This document shows, piece after piece, positions 61,814 to 64,000 of a stretch of 64,000 nucleotides of DNA. Every line of letters starts with the position of its first letter. The first letter of the stretch is position 1. The stretch is from Alphaproteobacteria bacterium (GTDB taxonomy: Bacteria > Pseudomonadota > Alphaproteobacteria > SHVV01), in NCBI GenBank assembly GCA_965261735.1, contig OZ253470.1:4416001-4480000 (forward strand). Direction: 5' to 3'. Under the pieces are notes generated by a model. It did not search any database, had not been told where the DNA came from, and was given only the letters and a program-made list of their open reading frames with translations. The position numbers were made by a program, and so were the translations under genes.

Positions 61814-63124
61814 CTACCTTTGAGTGAGCTTGAACTCGATGCGACGGTTTCGGCGATAAGCTATTTCGTCGCCGCGATCATCGATCGGTTGGAATTCACC
61901 AAAGCCGGTCGCAGCTAATCGGGTGGGCGCGATACCTAGGCCCACCAGGAACTCAACAACCGATACCGCGCGGGCGGTTGACAACTCCCAATTCGATGAA
62001 AAATGCTCGGTAACGATGGGAACTCGGTCAGTGTGGCCATCAACGCGCAGTATCCAATCGACATCTGCAGGAATAAGCGCCGCTAACTGCTTGATCACGA
62101 GGGCGAGTTGGGCGAGTTTTCGCGTTCCGGATTGGCCGATCCGCGCCGAGCCCGACGCAAATAGTATTTCGGACTGGAGCACGAAACGATCGCCTACCAC
62201 GCGTACATCGCTTTGGTCACCGAGCACGTCCTGAAGACGACCGAAGAACTCTGACCGATACTTTTCGAGTTCCCGCACCCTTCCGGCAAGTGCTGCGTTC
62301 AACCGCCGGCCAAGCTCATCGTTATTTTCTTTCTGGGCAGCCTCGCGAATCCGCGCCTGTGCAAGCGCGGCCTTGAATTCCTTAAGGTCGGCGCGGAGCG
62401 CCGCAACTTGATTGCTGAGGGTCACAATCTCGGCTTGCCGCCGACCGATCTCGCTGGTGCCCAGGTCAATCGCAGCGTGTGCGGATTTTAGATCGGCATT
62501 GAGGGCGGAGCGTTCTCGACGGAGCGCGGACACGGTCTCGGTTAGGGTGTTGCCCTGCCGAGCGAGAGCGTCGCGGACAGCGCGTTCGCTCTCCATCTCA
62601 ACCGTCAACGCCGCGAGTTGAAGCTGAAGGTCGTTCAATTGTTGTTTGGTCCGTTGCTCGGCGGATTTGAATTCGTTCTCAAGCGTCGTTCGAGCGCTGG
62701 TCATTTTATTGAGCTGTTGCTTGAGCGCACTGGCCTTGACCACGAGTGCCCCACTGACTCCCCGCTCACTTTTTAGTTCTTCAGTTACTGCAGCGAGTTG
62801 CTGCTGCATTTCACGTGTGGCGGCAAGGGAGGATTTTTCTAGTGCGCGGTGCGCATCGCTGATTTCGCCAAGTTGCCATTGGAGCATAGCGTTCTTTGCT
62901 CGTAGCGCTTCGTTTTGCGCTTCGATCTCGGTAAGGCGGACGATGGCCCGCTGGACTTGGCTCATTAAATATTCCAGCTCCCCCCGCCTCGCGGTTGTGT
63001 TTTCGACAACGGCTCTAGCGCGTTCGATTGGTTCTGAAGCCGTGGGTTCCCCGGCCGTGGGAGAGCCGATGGTGGCCAATAGAACTATGGCAAAGAATTT
63101 GAATGCATGCCGGGTTTGCATCAT
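61814..63124 (-). CDS. Coiled-coil protein with C-terminal OmpA/MotB peptidoglycan-binding domain
   Basis: Signal peptide, long coiled coil, YRSEFFG, GHTD, NWELSTARA, NRRIE. Confidence 0.88.
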   Translation of the reverse strand: MMQTRHAFKFFAIVLLATIGSPTAGEPTASEPIERARAVVENTTARRGELEYLMSQVQRAIVRLTEIEAQNEALRAKNAMLQWQLGEISDAHRALEKSSLAATREMQQQLAAVTEELKSERGVSGALVVKASALKQQLNKMTSARTTLENEFKSAEQRTKQQLNDLQLQLAALTVEMESERAVRDALARQGNTLTETVSALRRERSALNADLKSAHAAIDLGTSEIGRRQAEIVTLSNQVAALRADLKEFKAALAQARIREAAQKENNDELGRRLNAALAGRVRELEKYRSEFFGRLQDVLGDQSDVRVVGDRFVLQSEILFASGSARIGQSGTRKLAQLALVIKQLAALIPADVDWILRVDGHTDRVPIVTEHFSSNWELSTARAVSVVEFLVGLGIAPTRLAATGFGEFQPIDDRGDEIAYRRNRRIEFKLTQR

Positions 63125-63471
63125 CTGGAATCCACCCCATTCTCTCCGGTTCCTCGAGGGGTCTTGAGATCCTCCCGCTCCTAATTTTCTTGGCTGGGAT
63201 TTCCCATATAGAACCCTCCAGACCAGTAGAATGTCAGGGGAATCGGATAGATGAATTTATCCTGCGATGAGGCTTTGGGGGAAGTCGTCGCCCCATGTTG
63301 CCAGGCTTCGTCTGACACGGAGATTGTCTTTACCGGTAGCGCTGGTCTGCCCCCGTTGAGTAGTCCAGTCCGATTGTCTGTTGTTAAGCGCGCCTTGTTG
63401 ACCCCTCGCAATCCAGCGAGATCAATGGATTACCGCGCCGATCGGCACCGAACCCATGCGCCGATCAACAC

Positions 63472-63718
63472 CAGTGCGGCCAGCCCGAGCGCGTCGTCCA
63501 GTTCGCGATAAGCGAGCAACCCCGCATCGGAGGTCACCCGCGATCCGTGGAACTCCAGTTTCAGGCGCCGGTCGAAAAGGGGCCGGAGTGGCCCATGATC
63601 CGATTCACCCTCCGGGTTCCGCATCCGAGCCACCTTCCGACACCCTCAAGCCGGCGATTCTTATAGCAGAATCGTGCCAATCATGCATCAGGCGAAGCGG
63701 TCACTTGGGAAATGCGGG
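63472..63718 (-). mobile_element. IS1380 left-end remnant (second copy)
   Basis: Near-identical to 61422-61668. Confidence 0.88.
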
Positions 63719-63924
63719 TATAGTCTTTCCGGCTAGGTAGACCATCCCGAGGACCGGTGAGACGGCATCGACCGCCGTGCGGGCCGCCGGATTGGCGAAG
63801 TTGATGTGTTTTGAGCGTTGTTTACGGATGGCCGTGTCCCGTCCGTTTGAAAGCTCACAGCCACCGTCAGCGGGCAGGTCTAAACTCAGACAGTGTTAAA
63901 TCCCTAAATATGTCCCAATTACCT

Positions 63925-64000
63925 TTGCACCGTATTCGCAGCCGTGCCGGGATCAGGGACGTGCAACTCCACGACCTGAGGCACACTTGTGCAGCATGAT
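63925..64000 (+). pseudogene. Tyrosine integrase fragment
   Basis: RIRSRAGIRDVQLHDLRHT. Confidence 0.65.

Overview
GC-rich bacterial DNA, probably alphaproteobacterial (groEL fragment, tRNA-Met remnant, IS types). A Calx-beta/beta-barrel protein is of a kind often seen in host-associated marine bacteria (inference). The window is an eroded accessory region saturated with mobile elements: three IS256 copies, three IS110/IS1111 elements, IS5, IS630 nested in an IS481-like element, IS1595, several IS6, IS21, IS1380, IS3 and IS1182-like pieces, at least six tyrosine-integrase genes or fragments, and a truncated large serine recombinase. Between them lie remnants of anti-phage genes (SNF2-DUF3883 helicase with a coupled RelE-like-tailed partner, AbiE, WYL regulator, two HEPN-like paralogues). 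There is also an intact 11-kb catabolic cluster (M81, two M24 hydrolases, Pot-like ABC transporter, two-component flavin monooxygenase), a Cache-sensor/adenylate cyclase pair, a P450, an IS-split S9 peptidase, an IS6-flanked 2OG/SagB/SDR trio, znuA and an OmpA-like gene. The clearest hidden signal is in two IS1111-type elements: their downstream non-coding regions contain short segments matching each element's own insertion site and ends, as expected for bridge/seek RNA guides. All family calls come from motif recognition by eye; no database search was run.
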